NCBI RefSeq assembly: GCF_963921235.1
Contig: NC_086097.1
Coordinates: 239,012,001 to 239,076,000, forward strand
Length of the DNA: 64,000 bases
Origin: Mobula hypostoma
Taxonomy: Eukaryota
Reading direction: 5' to 3'
The first letter of the stretch is position 1. Each line of letters begins with the position of its first letter. A model generated the notes under the pieces. It saw nothing but the letters and a program-made list of their open reading frames with translations, did no database searches and was not told the DNA's origin. This document shows, piece by piece, positions 26,345 to 39,300 of the stretch. The translations under genes and the position numbers were made by a program.

Positions 26345-26880
26345 CACCCTTGTGGTTGCTTAAGGTTGTTATAGCCATGGGTGGTAGTGGGGATCAGCTC
26401 CCAATGGTGTGTGCCTCACAAAGCCTCTGACAACTAAGTCCTACTCCTGGCCTTCACATGTAGCTGAGCTAATAAGCCTGGTGGAACCATTTCTACTCAC
26501 AGGAGAAGGGGCAAAGGTGGGTTACTAGCTTCAGACAGCCGTGGTTGGCAGCTCATTTAGGAGGAGGGAAACTCTGATCTCAAACCTCTGCTGCCACTCA
26601 AGAAGAAGGCATTGGGAGTAAACCCCAAAGAAAAATACCGAGCTGGAGACCCTAAGACAGTCCTACGTTGATTTCAATGCTGACTGGCAACTCCTGCAAT
26701 GCTGCTGGTGCCAGACTATATTAGTCTCTGCAGTTCCTTTGGGTTCATCAGATGCATGGAGAGGAGGAGCTTGCTAGATGGGCAACAGCTTGGTCTCCAT
26801 ATCGTACTGCCCGGGCTTGTGTACCTAGACAACTAGGACACGAAATCCATGGTCAACTCTGACTGACAAAGGCCTCAGAC
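26345..26880 (+). repeat. Unclassified interspersed repeat (second copy at about 39720-40020)
   Basis: Shared block aatgctgactggcaactcctg...gttcctttgggttcatcagatgc...ctagacaactaggac...atccatgg. Confidence 0.7.
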
Positions 26881-27069
26881 AGGGACAGTGTAGCCATTTT
26901 TGCACAATTAATGTAGTAGTAGTAGTGCAATCACTTGAGTCGAGTGTGATGTCCACCAAAGGGGGTGTCTGCTGGTGGGTTCTCACGTGACTGTAGAGGC
27001 CAATCCAGGATCCACATATCCTGGTGCAATGTATGCAAGATTGAATGGTGGCTGTGGTTAGTGGTTGAG

Positions 27070-27390
27070 TCTTTCAGTTGTTCAGTCTCATTTTCGGCAG
27101 CTGGCACATGTTCCCTGCAGCAAAGAGGAGGTCACTCTCAGCTCCCTCGTGTACAGATTTCGTCCAGTTGTATCTATTGAGTGCACTGTCTTCCAAGCTT
27201 TTAGATGTAATATTGAATTTCTTCAAGCTGATTTTGATGCTATCATTGAAGCATTTCCTTTGCCCACCTTCATTCAATTGCGAGTAAAGGATCTGCTTGA
27301 GGAGACGTGAGTTAGGCATCTGAATGACATGACCTACCTATCGAAGTTGGTTTTGCTTTATCAGCAGCATTTCGAGCATCCGTGAACAGC
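27070..27390 (-). mobile_element. RTE-clade LINE C-terminal fragment
   Basis: ORF 27074-27319: MPNSRLLKQILYSQL..GGQRK.FNDSIK.SLK. Confidence 0.7.
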
Positions 27391-28099
27391 TTCTCCACCA
27401 CAATTAGTGTACAAGCAGCACAGATACCACAGAGTTTCTGTCACTCAATTCAATCTTGATTTACAGTGCTGTCCTTGTGGTGTTTGCCTGTTCTCCTTGA
27501 AATTGTATGGGTTTTTCCTCAATGCTCTATTTCCCATCGCAAAACATTATCAACTGTTTTACTTTATTCCTGGTGTTGATGAGAAGCCGTAGGATCGGAT
27601 GTAGTTGACGGGCATGTGAGAGAGAAAAGGTTACAGTGAAGTATTGATGAATAAGACAGAATGTACATTAGAGGGATGACATGACCTATCAATCAGAGTT
27701 GGTGTCTCTTTATCGTGGTGAAGATGCTGTTCATGTTGGCCTTCTCCAGTACACTGTTGTCTGTGCACCCGTCCTTCCAAATGATCCTCAAAGTCATTCA
27801 TAGGAATCTTTGGTGGTATTGTTCCAGGGCTTTTAGTTGTCCACTGTACGTGGCCCATACAGCAATACAGGCCACACTACAACCCAGACTGAGATATTAA
27901 CTCTTCTCTTTGCACACATGCTACCCGAACTGCTGAGTAACACTACTTGTTTCCATTCTTAGTTCTAAGTGGGGCCATTAGTCAGTGTTGAAATGGGCTT
28001 CTTCACATCCTAAGACTGCTCCCAAATCCACAGGAAGATCGGAGTGTTCCAGGACAGTATCACACCAGCTTTCCACATACTACAGAAGTAAAAGCCTTA

Positions 28100-28640
28100 T
28101 GGAAGTTCAAAGTTCAAATTTCAAAGTAAATTTATTATCAAACTACACATATGTCACCATATACCTTAGCAAGATTCATCTTATTGTGAGCATTCACGGG
28201 AGAACAAGAAATACAGTAGGATCAGTGAAAAACTATATACAAAGACTGAGAGCCAATGTAAGAGAAGACAAACTGCACAAATGCAATAAATAAATAAACA
28301 AACAAACAAATAGAAAATAAACAATATTGAGAACATGAATTGCAGATTCCTTGAAGGTGAGTCCATATGTTGTGGAATCAGTTCAATGTTGAGGTGATTA
28401 ACATTATCCACGCTGGTACAGGAGCCAGATGGTTGTAGGGTAATAACTGTTCCTAAAGCTGGTGATGTGGAACCATAGATTCCTGAACTTCCATCTCAAT
28501 GGTAGCAACAAGAAGAAAACATGGCCTGGATGGTGGGGTTCTTGATGATAGATGCTGCTTTCTTGAGCCAGTGTTCCTTGTAGATATGCTCAATGGTGGG
28601 GAGAACTTTTGCTGTGATGGACTGGACTGCATCCAACTTT
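28100..28640 (-). mobile_element. Rex1/Babar-like 3' end
   Basis: ORF 28496-28681 (AVQSITAKVLPTIEHIYKEHWLKKAASIIKNP) plus tail. Confidence 0.65.
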
Positions 28641-29009
28641 TGTTTAGGCTGATTGGCAGAGATATTGGAGTCTTCCAGCAAAGTATCATGCTACTTCTCT
28701 GGATAAACAACTTTTTGTTCTTGCATATGACTAAAGTAAATCCCTTACAAAATGCCTGCATGTTAATCAATGGTAGGAAAGCAGCCAGGGACAGTAATTT
28801 CATGCTCACCCATTAGCAGTAAAAACAAGTCATTGAAATATTTAACAGATCAGGAGCAATCTTTCTGATGGAGAGAGTTTATTTTTCTGATCAATGATCC
28901 TCCTAAGATGAGCTGCTGCAACATTTGTTCTTAACGTCCGGTCAATTTGGCGCCAGAATTATCTATTTGCCTGAGTAATATTTACTTATTTCTTAATTGC
29001 TGTCAGCAT

Positions 29010-29635
29010 TATTTATTTATTTATATGCACAATTTGTGTTCTCTTTCACACATTGATTTTTTGTCAGTCTTTGTTTATGAATAGTTTTTATAAATTCTAT
29101 TGCATTTCTTTATTTTCCTGTAAATACTCACAAGAAAATAAATCTCAAGGTTGTATTTAGTGACATATATGTTGTCGCAGAAAAGCAACATTCATTGTCA
29201 ACGACCCCCAGGCCATGCTCTTTTCTTGCTGCTGCCGTCAGGAAGAAGGTACGGGAGCCTCAGGACTCGCACCACCAGGTTCAGAAATAGTTACTGCCCC
29301 TCAACCATCAGGATCTTGAACCAAAGGGGACAACCTCACTCAGCTTCACTTGCCCTATCATTGAAAAGATCCCACAGCCTACGGACTCACCTTCCACGAT
29401 TCTTCAACTCATGTTTCCAATAATTTATTTATTTATCTATCTATCTATCTATTTTATTTATTTATTTTCTTTCTTTCTTTCTTTTTTGCATTTATGCAAT
29501 TTTGCACACTGGTTGGACACCCAAGCTAGTGCGGTCTTTTATTGATTATTATTCTATTATGGGTTTATTGAGTTTGCCTGTAAGAAAATGAATCTCAGGG
29601 TGACATATTGATAATAAATTTACTCCAACTTTGAG
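29010..29635 (+). mobile_element. Rex1/Babar-like 3' ends (two) with a (TTTA/TCTA) tract
   Basis: ORF 29151-29423 (PGHALFLLLPSGRRYGSLRTRTTRFRNSY.PSTIRILN). Confidence 0.65.
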
Positions 29636-31139
29636 CTATGGCTCAAACCTTGTTGTTTTTTTTCAGATTTGTAGGAAAGATTTTGAGAACAGAACAAGGG
29701 GTTAGGGGGCCAGATTAGGATTTAAGGGCAATGGTGTGGGAAAGTTAGAGGTTAGGGCAGAGTCCAGCTCAGGGCGCTCTGTAGGTCACAGGCCAGTGAT
29801 CCACATGGATGAATACTAGTGATGTCAAGGGCTAGTGATCCTTCCCCAGGTTGACAAGCCCCCCAAAATCACTGGGCCCCAGGAACAGAGTTCCATGTTG
29901 GCAGGAAACCTGAGGACCAGTGAACCCGCCCCCATGTCAGCAGGTCAGTGAATCCAGAGTTCGAGCATGTCATTGGCGAGTCCCGGGGTCGATGCTGAAG
30001 ATCAAAACCCGAAGATTCACTGCTTTGATATATTTCACTGCATGTTTCAATTAAATCTAAAGCAGCCAAAATGACATCAATCCTAATAGGACACAGAAAA
30101 CCTCCAAGTTGGAGAGAGCAGATCGGAACTGAATATTGATTGAACATTTCTGGTTTGTTTAATCAGCATCATCATTTTCTGTTGGATTCTTGCCTTGTTT
30201 TCACTGGCAAGTTTCAGGAAGACTGGGAACTCTTGAAGGTGACATTGAATTTAATTGTGTTAAATTATTGATCCCATTGAGGATTTAGCATAATTTAACA
30301 GGAAGCCATTTCTCCCGAGCGGTTGCCTGCAACCAGTCAACATGTTCAAGTTGAGTGTGTTGAACTTCTCAGTAACCGAAGCTGGCTTCCACACATGCTT
30401 ACAATTTCACTTTGAACCTTCTTTCTTCCACACTCACACCCATGTTCAAATATACTCCCATAAAATGCTGGAGGAACTCAGCAAGCCTGGCAGCCTCTGT
30501 GCAGGGAAACAAACAGAGGACGTTTCGGGCCCAGATCCTACATCAGGAATCGCAAAGGCATTGTTAAGAAAAAATAAACTACTACAAATATATTCATACC
30601 GAAATCATTTCAAATGTCAATATTCCATCAAATAAATATTTGAGGATGACCACAAGTCTTCCTTCCACAGATGATTTCTCACAGTGTCTGATCGAAGGCT
30701 ACATGTGCAAGGCTAAGTCTGGTGCAACGTTAACAAGCAGGCTTCACAGAATGCGAAGTGGGAAACCTGTGGAGGTAAACAATACATTCCTTCATGCAAC
30801 ATGGGAAGAACCAGTACTGTCAAGATTGAAGATGTCACTACCAAATTAGGCCAACAGCATTCCAGGAAACTGGGAATTCTATGGTAATAATTCATTAAAA
30901 CCTCCTTAGTTGTTTCTTATGGAGTTTATTTAGCTGCAGGTCAAGGTATGGAAATCATTAGAAATTTCTCCCTTTCAAAAGGGTGTAACAGATCCAATGT
31001 TCCTGATTTTTATTTTGTTACCAGCTAAAGGTTTCATCTCATCAGTGGCTTTGGTCTGATTTTGATAGCAGCAGCACACCTTAAGGAGGACCAGGGTTTC
31101 ATTAACAGCACCTTCCAAGTACAGGCAAAAGTCATCAGC

Positions 31140-31950
31140 CATTTACAGTGGATTCACCCTGTCACCTTCCAGCTTGTACTTCTTTCTCTTCCCCCCACCC
31201 ATCTTCTTATTCTGATTCCTCCCCCTTTCCTTTCCAGTCCTGATGAAGGGACTCAGCCTGAAACATCAACTGTTTATTCTTCTCCATAGATGCTGCCTGA
31301 CCTGCTGAGTTTCTCCAGCATTTTGTATGTGTTGCAACACACACAAAATGCTGGAGGAACTCAGCAGGTCAGGCTGCATCTATGGAAATGAAAAGATAGT
31401 CGACGTTTTGGGCAGGGACCCTTCTTTGGAATTGAAAAGGAAGGTGAATGATGCCAGAATAAAAAGGTGGGAGGAGGGGGAGGAGGGGGAGGAGGGGAAG
31501 GAGGCTAGCTGAAAGGTGATAGGTGAAGCCAGGTGGATGGGAAAGGTCAAGGGCTGGAGAAGAAGGAATCTGATTGGAGAGGAGAGTGGACCATAGGATA
31601 TAGGGAAGGAGGAGGGGACCCAGAGGCAAATAATAGGCAGGTAAGAAGAGATAAAAGGTCTGAGTGGAGAATAGAGGGGTGGAGGGTTGCAATATATGTT
31701 TACTGGAAGGAGAAATCAATATTCATGCCGTCGTGTTCAAGGCTTCCCAGATGGAATGGGAATGGGAATTGGATTTAAAATGTTTGGACTCTGGGAAGTC
31801 CCGCTTGTGGGAAATGGTGCAGAGGTGCTCGACAAAGCAGTCCCCAATTAACTATGTGTCTCACTAATGTAGAGGAGGCCACGTTGGGAGCAATGGACAC
31901 AATAGATGACCTCAGCAGATTCACAGTGTTGTGTCACCTGGGAAGGACTG
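31140..31950. mobile_element. Tail-to-tail inverted pair of Penelope-like elements
   Basis: Plus copy 31140-31334 and minus copy 31335-31950 meet at the palindrome gtgttg|caacac. The minus copy retains a GIY-YIG motif remnant, VIYCVHCSQRGLLYISET (end of ORF 31848-32090). Confidence 0.8.
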
Positions 31951-32589
31951 CATACTTGATTTCCAACAGGTAGTGCTAAGGAAGCTGGGGGTCTGCAGAA
32001 GGACTTAGGCAGAATGGGAGAATGGGATAAGTGACAGATGAAACATAATATAAGAAAGTGTATAGGCATGCACTTTGGTAGGAGGAACAACAGTGTTGGC
32101 TATTTTCTAAATGGAAAAAAAATTGAAAAATCAGAAATATGAAGGGAATTGGGAGTCCTCGTGCAGGATTTCCTAAAGGCTAATTTGCGGGTTGAGTCAG
32201 TGGCAAGGAAGGCGAATGTAATGTTAGCATTCCTTTTGAGAGGACTAGAATATAAGAGCAAGGATATAATGTTGTGGCTTTATAAGGCAATGGTAAGATC
32301 ACACATGAGTATTGTGAGCAGTATTAGGCTCCATAGCTAAGAAAATACATGCTGGCATTGGAGTGAGTCCAGAGCAAGCTTACGAGAGTGATTCTGGGAA
32401 TGAGGGGATTAACGCATGAGCAGCGTTTGATAACTCTGGGTCTGCACTCACTGGAGTTTAGCAGAATGAGGGGGAGATCTCATTGAAACTTATTGAATAT
32501 TAAAACACCAAGATAGAGTGGATATAGAGAGAATGTTTCCTATAGTGGCTGAGTTGCAAGCGGATGTAGATAAGAGTATCGTAAACACA

Positions 32590-32998
32590 AAATTCCAGCC
32601 CCTTGGTATGAACATCGAATTCTCCAACTTCCGGTAGTTCCCTTCCCCTCCCTTCCCCTATCCCTATGTCACTCTGCCCCCTCCCCCAGCTGCCTACCAC
32701 CTCCCTCTTGGTTCCACCTCCTTCTACTACCCATTGTGTTTTCCCCTATTCTTTCTTCACCTTTCCTGCCTATCACCTCCCTGCCTCCCCTCCCCCACCC
32801 CTTTATCTTTCCCCTCGCTGGTTTTTCACCTGGAACCTACCAGCCTTCTCCTTCCCACCCTCCCCCCACCTTCTTTATAGGGCCTCTGCCCCCTCCCTCT
32901 TCAGTCCTGACGAAGGGTTCCGGCCCGAAACGTCGACCTATCTTTTCCACGGATGCTGCCCGACCTGCTGAGTTCCTCCAGCGTGTTGTAAGTGACGT
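32590..32998 (+). mobile_element. Young Penelope-like element 3' fragment
   Basis: FQPLGMNIEFSNFR* (GIY-YIG C-terminus), pyrimidine-rich UTR, hammerhead motif and tail; CpGs largely retained. Confidence 0.85.
32904..32937 (+). ncRNA. Minimal type I hammerhead ribozyme motif (core intact)
   Basis: GUC-CUGACGA-A-GGG-UUCCGG-CCC-GAAA-CGUC-GAC: helix I GUC/GAC, core CUGANGA and GAAA, helix II GGG/CCC, palindromic ACGU helix III, predicted cleavage after GUC at 32934. Confidence 0.7.
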
Positions 32999-33999
32999 TG
33001 ATAGAGTGTTAGTTTGTCAGGGCGCCAAAGTTTACTGGGAGAAGGCAGGAGAATGGGGTTGAGAGGGATAATAAATCTGCCATGATGGGATAGTGGACCA
33101 GACTCAATGGGCCAAATGGCCTAATTCTACTCCTATGTCCTATGGTCTTATGGTGTAAAAGAAACAGATACTTCAAAAAGAGCATTTTAAACTATGACGT
33201 TATTAAAACTTTGCTGAACTCATTTATCTAACAGGAAAAAATGTACAAAACTGAGAACTAAACTAAGGAGGAGCAGTTTTTTTTAGTACATAAATTGGGC
33301 TGAGAGTCTGGGATTTCTGCTGATTCCCCTTGTAATACGACCTTCCCTCAGACTGAGCCACCAGGGAGATACTGTTTATAGAGCCGTTACTTTTCGGCAG
33401 AAGGAAACCATGTGATTTGTTTAGTTGTGTTACACACAAGAGAAGGGTTCAGTCTTTTGCCTCCACTGCCTATTAATAATGTTAACATTAGGCATCATAC
33501 CAAATATTAATTTGCTGTGATCAGGCTAAGTTAAAAAAAATCCTCTGATTTCAAAGACAATTTCACCTATATAAAATTCTGAGCCAGAACACCACTTTTG
33601 ATTTTGCTTTATTGGGTATAAGTGTGAATAAATAAACATCCATTGAACTTAGTCTGTTCTGATGAAGGATCTTTGCCCAACTAACTCTTCGCCTTTCAAG
33701 AGATGATATCTGACCTGCTGAGTGTTTACCAGACAGGCTGTATTTATTTTGTATTTCCTGTATCTGCATATCTTTGATCTTCAACCAATATAAGTCTTCC
33801 TTTCAGAATTTGTATCAGTTTTAACGGCCATCATCCTCATAAGACTAAGTGAAATGAATTGCTCTTCTGTGACGCTGGGGAGGCCATGCATCCCCTTCAT
33901 GCCTGCACCAGCATTCAATAAGATCATGGCTGGTCACTTACTTCTTTAATCTGACCATAGATACCTAAGTTCCATTCATTTGCAATACTCTTCCATGAT

Positions 34000-34260
34000 G
34001 AACACAGTAGTGTAGTGGTTAGCACAATGCTTTACAGTACAGGTGTCACGGATTCAATTCCCTGCGCTGCCTGTAAGGAGTTTGTACGTTCCCCTGTGAC
34101 TGCGCGGGTTTCCTCCCACATTCCAAAGACGTGCCAGTTGGTAGGTTAATTGGTCTTTGTAAGCTGTCCTGTGATTCGGCTCAAATTAAATTGGGGCATA
34201 CCTGGGCAGCGTGGCTCGAAGGACTGGAAGGGCCTATTATGTGCTGTAAATATCAATACA
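34000..34260 (+). mobile_element. HE1/V-SINE-like SINE
   Basis: A-box-like tagtgtagtggttagc, B-box-like ggattcaattcc, central ggtttcctcccacattccaaagacg. Confidence 0.7.
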
Positions 34261-34699
34261 TTTAAAAAAACATATAGCCCATTCAAATCAGCTGTAGCTG
34301 TCTGGGATTAAAAAGTTTTGCTCTTTCCTGAATGGCTGACACTTTATTTTGAGACTGTGGTCCCTGGTTCTAGACACCCCAGAAAACGGGAACATCAATT
34401 CTACAACAATCCTGCCAATGGGATTACCTTCCATTCTTCTTAGCTGAAGACCACAAGCCAAATCTGCACAATTTCTCCTCATAGGATGCACCAATCATCT
34501 CAGGAATCAAACTAATTAACTTGCCGGTACAGTACTACAAAATCCTTTCTCCGGTAAGGAGGCCAGACCTATGCACAATTTTTCCTCTGTAATTGTTGGT
34601 TTTACTAGTTTAAGTGTGAATGATTTGCTTTAATACACAAGTGGAAAATATAGTTATATGGATAAAAAGTGGGAAGTGTATGTTTTAATGTACTATTAT

Positions 34700-35235
34700 T
34701 GTACTGGAGGTGTGTAGAGTGTCCAGGGGGGGATTGCACCTCAGGTGAAGGGGCTGCACGTTGTGTCCACTCTTGGGCAGCTCACTCACCTTTGGTCCCC
34801 ACCAGACACTCAGTTCTCACCTGTGGCTCCAAGTATCTGTTTGCATGTGAGAGCGGCCATATACCTCTACACAGCTTCGACAAGTGGGCTAAAGCAGTTG
34901 AGGGCAGCTGGCGGCCTCATACCCCAGTGAGATAGGGAAATGCCTATCCTAGCATGCAAAATCAGCTCCGGTGGACTGGGCAGATGAGATCTACAGTGGG
35001 ATCCAATGGCTAGGAAAGTGGTACTGCAACACTCCTTGGAATCTTAACGTGGCACAGAAGACCTCATGGACATCCTCTACAACCAAGGAAGAGCCCAGTT
35101 TGTGGTGCTTGTTCGTCCTACTGGACCCGGACTTCTGAGATTGAGAGAGTGGAGCTGCCCAGTGTAACGGCTTTTCTACTCTTCTGCACACGTTTCCTGT
35201 CATCGTCGCGTACAACGTCAACCATCAACCAACAT
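34700..35235 (+). repeat. Unclassified GC-richer interspersed repeat, possibly derived from a LINE 5' UTR
   Basis: Sharp composition change and a (caac)-type tail; no coding signal. Confidence 0.35.
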
Positions 35236-35269
35236 TGTACTATGAATTTGAAGATATTATTGAAGTAGT

Positions 35270-36425
35270 CACAGAGTCATAGAACACCACAGTACAGAAA
35301 TAGGCCAGTTGGCCCATCTAGTCCGTGTCCATCAACTTGCACCCGGACCATAACCCTCCATACCCTACCATCCATTTATCTATCTAAATTTCTCTTATAA
35401 GTTGAAATCAAACCCTCTATCTACCACTTCCACTGGAAGTTCATTCCACACTCTCACCGCCCTCTGAGTGAAGAAGTCCCCCTTCATGTTGCCCTTAAAC
35501 ATTTCACCTTTCACCCTTAACCCATGACCTCTAGTTCTAGTCTTGCCCAACCACATTTGAAAAAGCCTGCTTACCCCTGTATACGCCTCAAAATAGTGTA
35601 TACCTCTATGAAATGTCACCTCAATCTCCTACACTTCAGGGAATAAAGTTCTACCCTGTTCATCCTTTTCCCTATAACTCAGGTCTTCAGGTCCTGGCAA
35701 TATCGTTGTACTTTTTCCCTACACTTTCAAAATCCTATTGATATTGTTTCCGTAGGAAACTGACCAGAACTACATGCAATACTCCAGCTTGGGCCTCACC
35801 AACATCTTATACAACTTAAATATAGTATCCCGACTCCTAAACTCAGTACTTTGATTTATGAAGGCCAGTGTGACAAAAGTTCTCCTTACAACCCTATCTA
35901 CTTGTGATGCTATGTTTGAGGAATTATAGATCTATGTTCCTAGATTCCCTTTGTTCTACTGCCCTCCACAGTGCCCTACTGCTCATTATGTAGGTAGTGT
36001 CCTGGTTTTTCCTCCCAAAGTACAACACATCACACTTTTTTGCATTAAAATCTATCTGCCAATTTTCTGCCCATTTTTCTTTCTGATCCAGATCCAACAG
36101 CAGTGTTTGATAGCCTTCCTTGCTGTTCACTACACTCCAAATTTTGGCATCACCCAAAAATTTGCTGATCTAATTTATGACATTATCATTCAGAACATTG
36201 ATATGGATGACAAACAACAAAGGCTCAGTACAAATCCCCATGGCACATTACTATTCACAAGACTCCAGGCCTACTACCACTCTCTGGCTCAAGTGAAGAA
36301 GGGAAGGCCAAATCCAATTTACTACCTCATTTTGAATGACAAGCTTCTTGGCCAATCTCCCATCTAGGACCTTGTCACAGGCCTTGCTGAAGCCCATGGA
36401 GACAACCTCCACTGCCTTTATTTCA
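35270..36425 (-). mobile_element. CR1-like LINE fragment (RT + 3' UTR)
   Basis: ORFs 35924-36157 (EKWAENWQIDFNAKKCDVLYFGRKN) and 35395-35619 (TRTRGHGLRVKGEMFKG...FFTQRAVRVWNELP). Confidence 0.8.
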
Positions 36426-36597
36426 TCATATTAGCAGCAAAGCTTAGCAACTATCTCTTGACATTTTTGAGGAATATTCAGCCATATTTTCATCCTGTAG
36501 TTTAGTAGTTTAGCATTTAGTTAACTACATACCGGCAATATGAACCTTCATCATAGCGATATACGAAATTAAGATAGTCTACTGAAGGAAACTTATT

Positions 36598-37258
36598 CAT
36601 GTGTAGTGTGGGGGAGCAGAGGGATCTGGGGGTACATGTCCATAGATCCCTGAAAGTTGCCTCACAGGTGGATAGGGTAGCTAAGAAAGCTTATGGAGTG
36701 TTAGCTTTCATAAGTCGAGGGATAGAGTTTAAGAATCGCGGGCTAATGATGCAGCTGTGTGAAACTCTGGTTAGGCCACACTTGGAGTACTGTGTCCAGT
36801 TCTGGTCGCCTCACTATAGGAAGGATGTGGAAGCATTGGAAAGGGCACAGAGGAGATTTACCAGGATGCTGCCTGGTTTAGAGAGTATGCATTATGATCA
36901 GAGATTAAGGGAGCTAGGGCTTTACTCTCTGGAGAGAAGGAGGATGACAGGAGACATTCCTCTTCCCCAGGGCACCACTGCTCAATACAAGAAGACATGG
37001 TTTTAAGGTAAGGGGTGGGAAGTTCAAGGGAGATATTAGAGGAAGGTTTTTTACTCAGAGAGTGGATGGTGTGTGGAATGCACTGCCTGAGTCAGTGGTG
37101 GAGGCAGATGCACTAGTGAAATTTAAGAGACTACTAGACAGGTATATGGAGGAATTTAAGGTTGGGGGTTATATGGGAGGCAGGTTTAAGGGTCAGCACA
37201 ACATTGTGGACCGAAGGGCTGTACTGTGCTGTACTGTTCTATGTTCTATGTTCTATGT
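36598..37258 (+). mobile_element. Young 5'-truncated CR1-like LINE
   Basis: ORF 36599-37006 (QRDLGVHVH...LVRPHLEYCVQFWSPHYRKD); tail (ttctatg)n. Confidence 0.9.
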
Positions 37259-37929
37259 AAAACTATTATGTTTTTGTTAACAGAGATACAAGCTGTTTAA
37301 TTTTAAATTGGTTAATGAATCTGTTTATGGTGGCAAAGTAATTCCATGCAAGCCTCATGAAGCATTCACAAGCTATTATCATAACAAGTAATTTCATGCT
37401 TGCATCAATAATCCAAACTATTTTGGCCAGTTTAATATTTTTTGTTGAAAGATTAGAAATCATAAGCCTTCCAGCTCTACGTTGCATCCAGCAATTAATA
37501 CAAGTTACTGCCATTTTCCCATTGGACAGATTTTAGCATAATCAGTACTTTACTGACTGAAAGTAAACCAGCCACTTGAGTTCAATATTTAAATTGTTCA
37601 CTATGTTTCACTATAAATCAGTAAGCTCCTCATTTAAGCTCTCTATTTGAATTGAGATCTTCAAGCAGACACATGTTTGCTCACAGAACAGAATGTGTTT
37701 CGTTTGAGATCAAGTACTGTGCACCCAGGGGAAGTTCTTGAGCTAAAAGGCCAGGTACCCGATTGGCCTAATGGCCTAATCCTGCTCCTGTGCTCTATGG
37801 TCTAGCTGGGAAAGTTGATGGCTGACAATGCCAGAGACTTCGCAGAGAGGGCGTTCAAACTTCACACAGGGTGCTTGTCTGTGTCCAGGTTGTAGTTCTC
37901 CCCGAGACAACGTGTGATCTCTCAGGGGC

Positions 37930-38350
37930 TCCAATTTCCTATCACAAAACCAAAATCAGAATCTGCATCTCAGATGTTAAAACTGTGCTTCTAAATGGCC
38001 CTGACACCTGGAGAACAAATAAGACACTACAAAGCTTTCATCAACCAGTGCCTGAGGAGGATCTGAAACATCAGATGGACTGATGAAGTAACCAACCAGT
38101 CACTGTGGGACGACACTATCCATGAATCCGTATAGGTACAAACACACAAATGGAAATGGAGGTGGACTGACCACAACTTGAAGAAGCCAACTATCAACAT
38201 CACCAGGTAGGCATCAAAATGGAATCCTTAAAAAAGAGGCAAAAGGGACATCCAAAAAACAGTTGGCGGAGAGGCATCGAGGTTGAAATCAGACCACAGG
38301 GACACTCCTGATACACCCTTCAGAAACTGGTCCAGAATAGCTAAGGACCC
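37930..38350 (+). mobile_element. RTE-like LINE C-terminal fragment
   Basis: Frameshifted KTKIRI...VKTVLL.G..TW...FINQCLRRI...WRW..H.L.K...KRG.PKNSWRR. Confidence 0.6.
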
Positions 38351-38604
38351 CCGAAGAATTTCCTTTCACATCCTAAAGAGCTACAAGTTAGTAGATAATT
38401 GACCACTTAAAGTTTCCTCTGGTGTGTAGCCAACAGGGAGAATCTGTGGGGGGGGATGGGATATTTTATGGGAATATGGAGGAGGTAAAAGATACAGTTC
38501 TTCTGAGTATAAATGGCTGCCAGAGTGGAGTACCTAAGCTAAAGGACCTGCTTCCATTATATATGACTCTATGACTCTATGTTAGTGCCTAACCTATTGA
38601 TTCA

Positions 38605-39300
38605 TAAGACCATAAGACATAGGAGCAGAATTAGCCATTGGGCCCATTGAGTCTGCTCTGCCATTTCATCATGGCTGATCCATTTTGCTCTCAACCCTAT
38701 TCTCCTACCTTCTCCCCATAACCTTTCTGACTAATCAAGAAGTTATCACCTCCGCCTTAAATACACCCAATGACCTGGCCTCCACAGCCACCTATAGCAA
38801 CAAATTCCACAGATTTATCACCCTCTGGTTCAAAAAATTTCTCCTCATCGCCATTCTAAATGGATGCACCTCTATTCTGAGGTTGTGCCCTCTGGTACAA
38901 GACGCCCCTGCTCCCACCATAGGAAACATCCTCTCCACATTCACTCTACTTTCTCCTTTTAACATTCGATAGGTTTCAATGAGATCCCCTCCTCATTCTT
39001 CTAAATTCCATCAAGTACAGGCCCAGAGCCATCAAACGTTCCTGAATCCCAGAATCATTTTCATGAGCCACATCTGGACTCTCTCCAATGTTTGCACAAT
39101 CTTTCTTAAATACGGGGCCCAATACTGCTCACAATGCTCCAAGCACATTCTGGCCAATGGCTTATAAAGCCTCTGCATTGTGATTCTTGCTTTTATATTC
39201 CAGTCCTCTCGAAATGAATTCTAACATTACATTTGCCTTCCTTACTACCGACTCAGCCTCCAAGTTAATCTTTAGGAAATCCTGTACAAGGAGTCCTAAA
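38605..39300 (-). mobile_element. CR1-like 3' fragment
   Basis: Same family as 16505-16845 and 25660-25972. Confidence 0.75.

Larger units (their letters stand above)
31965..33155 (+). mobile_element. CR1-like 3' fragment interrupted by a Penelope-like element
   Basis: ORF 32149-32340 (LGVLVQD.LK.N..VES.ARKAN.MLAF..RG.EYKSKD); 3' UTR at 33000-33155. Confidence 0.75.

Noticed and set aside
32666..33062. Pro-rich ORFs also seen at 18252-18608
   Set aside because: These are translations of the pyrimidine-rich Penelope 3' UTR; the similarity comes from the repeat, not from protein conservation.
34700..35235. Possible HDV-like ribozyme in a LINE-5'-UTR-like repeat
   Set aside because: I could not build the nested double pseudoknot by eye; a descriptor search would be needed.
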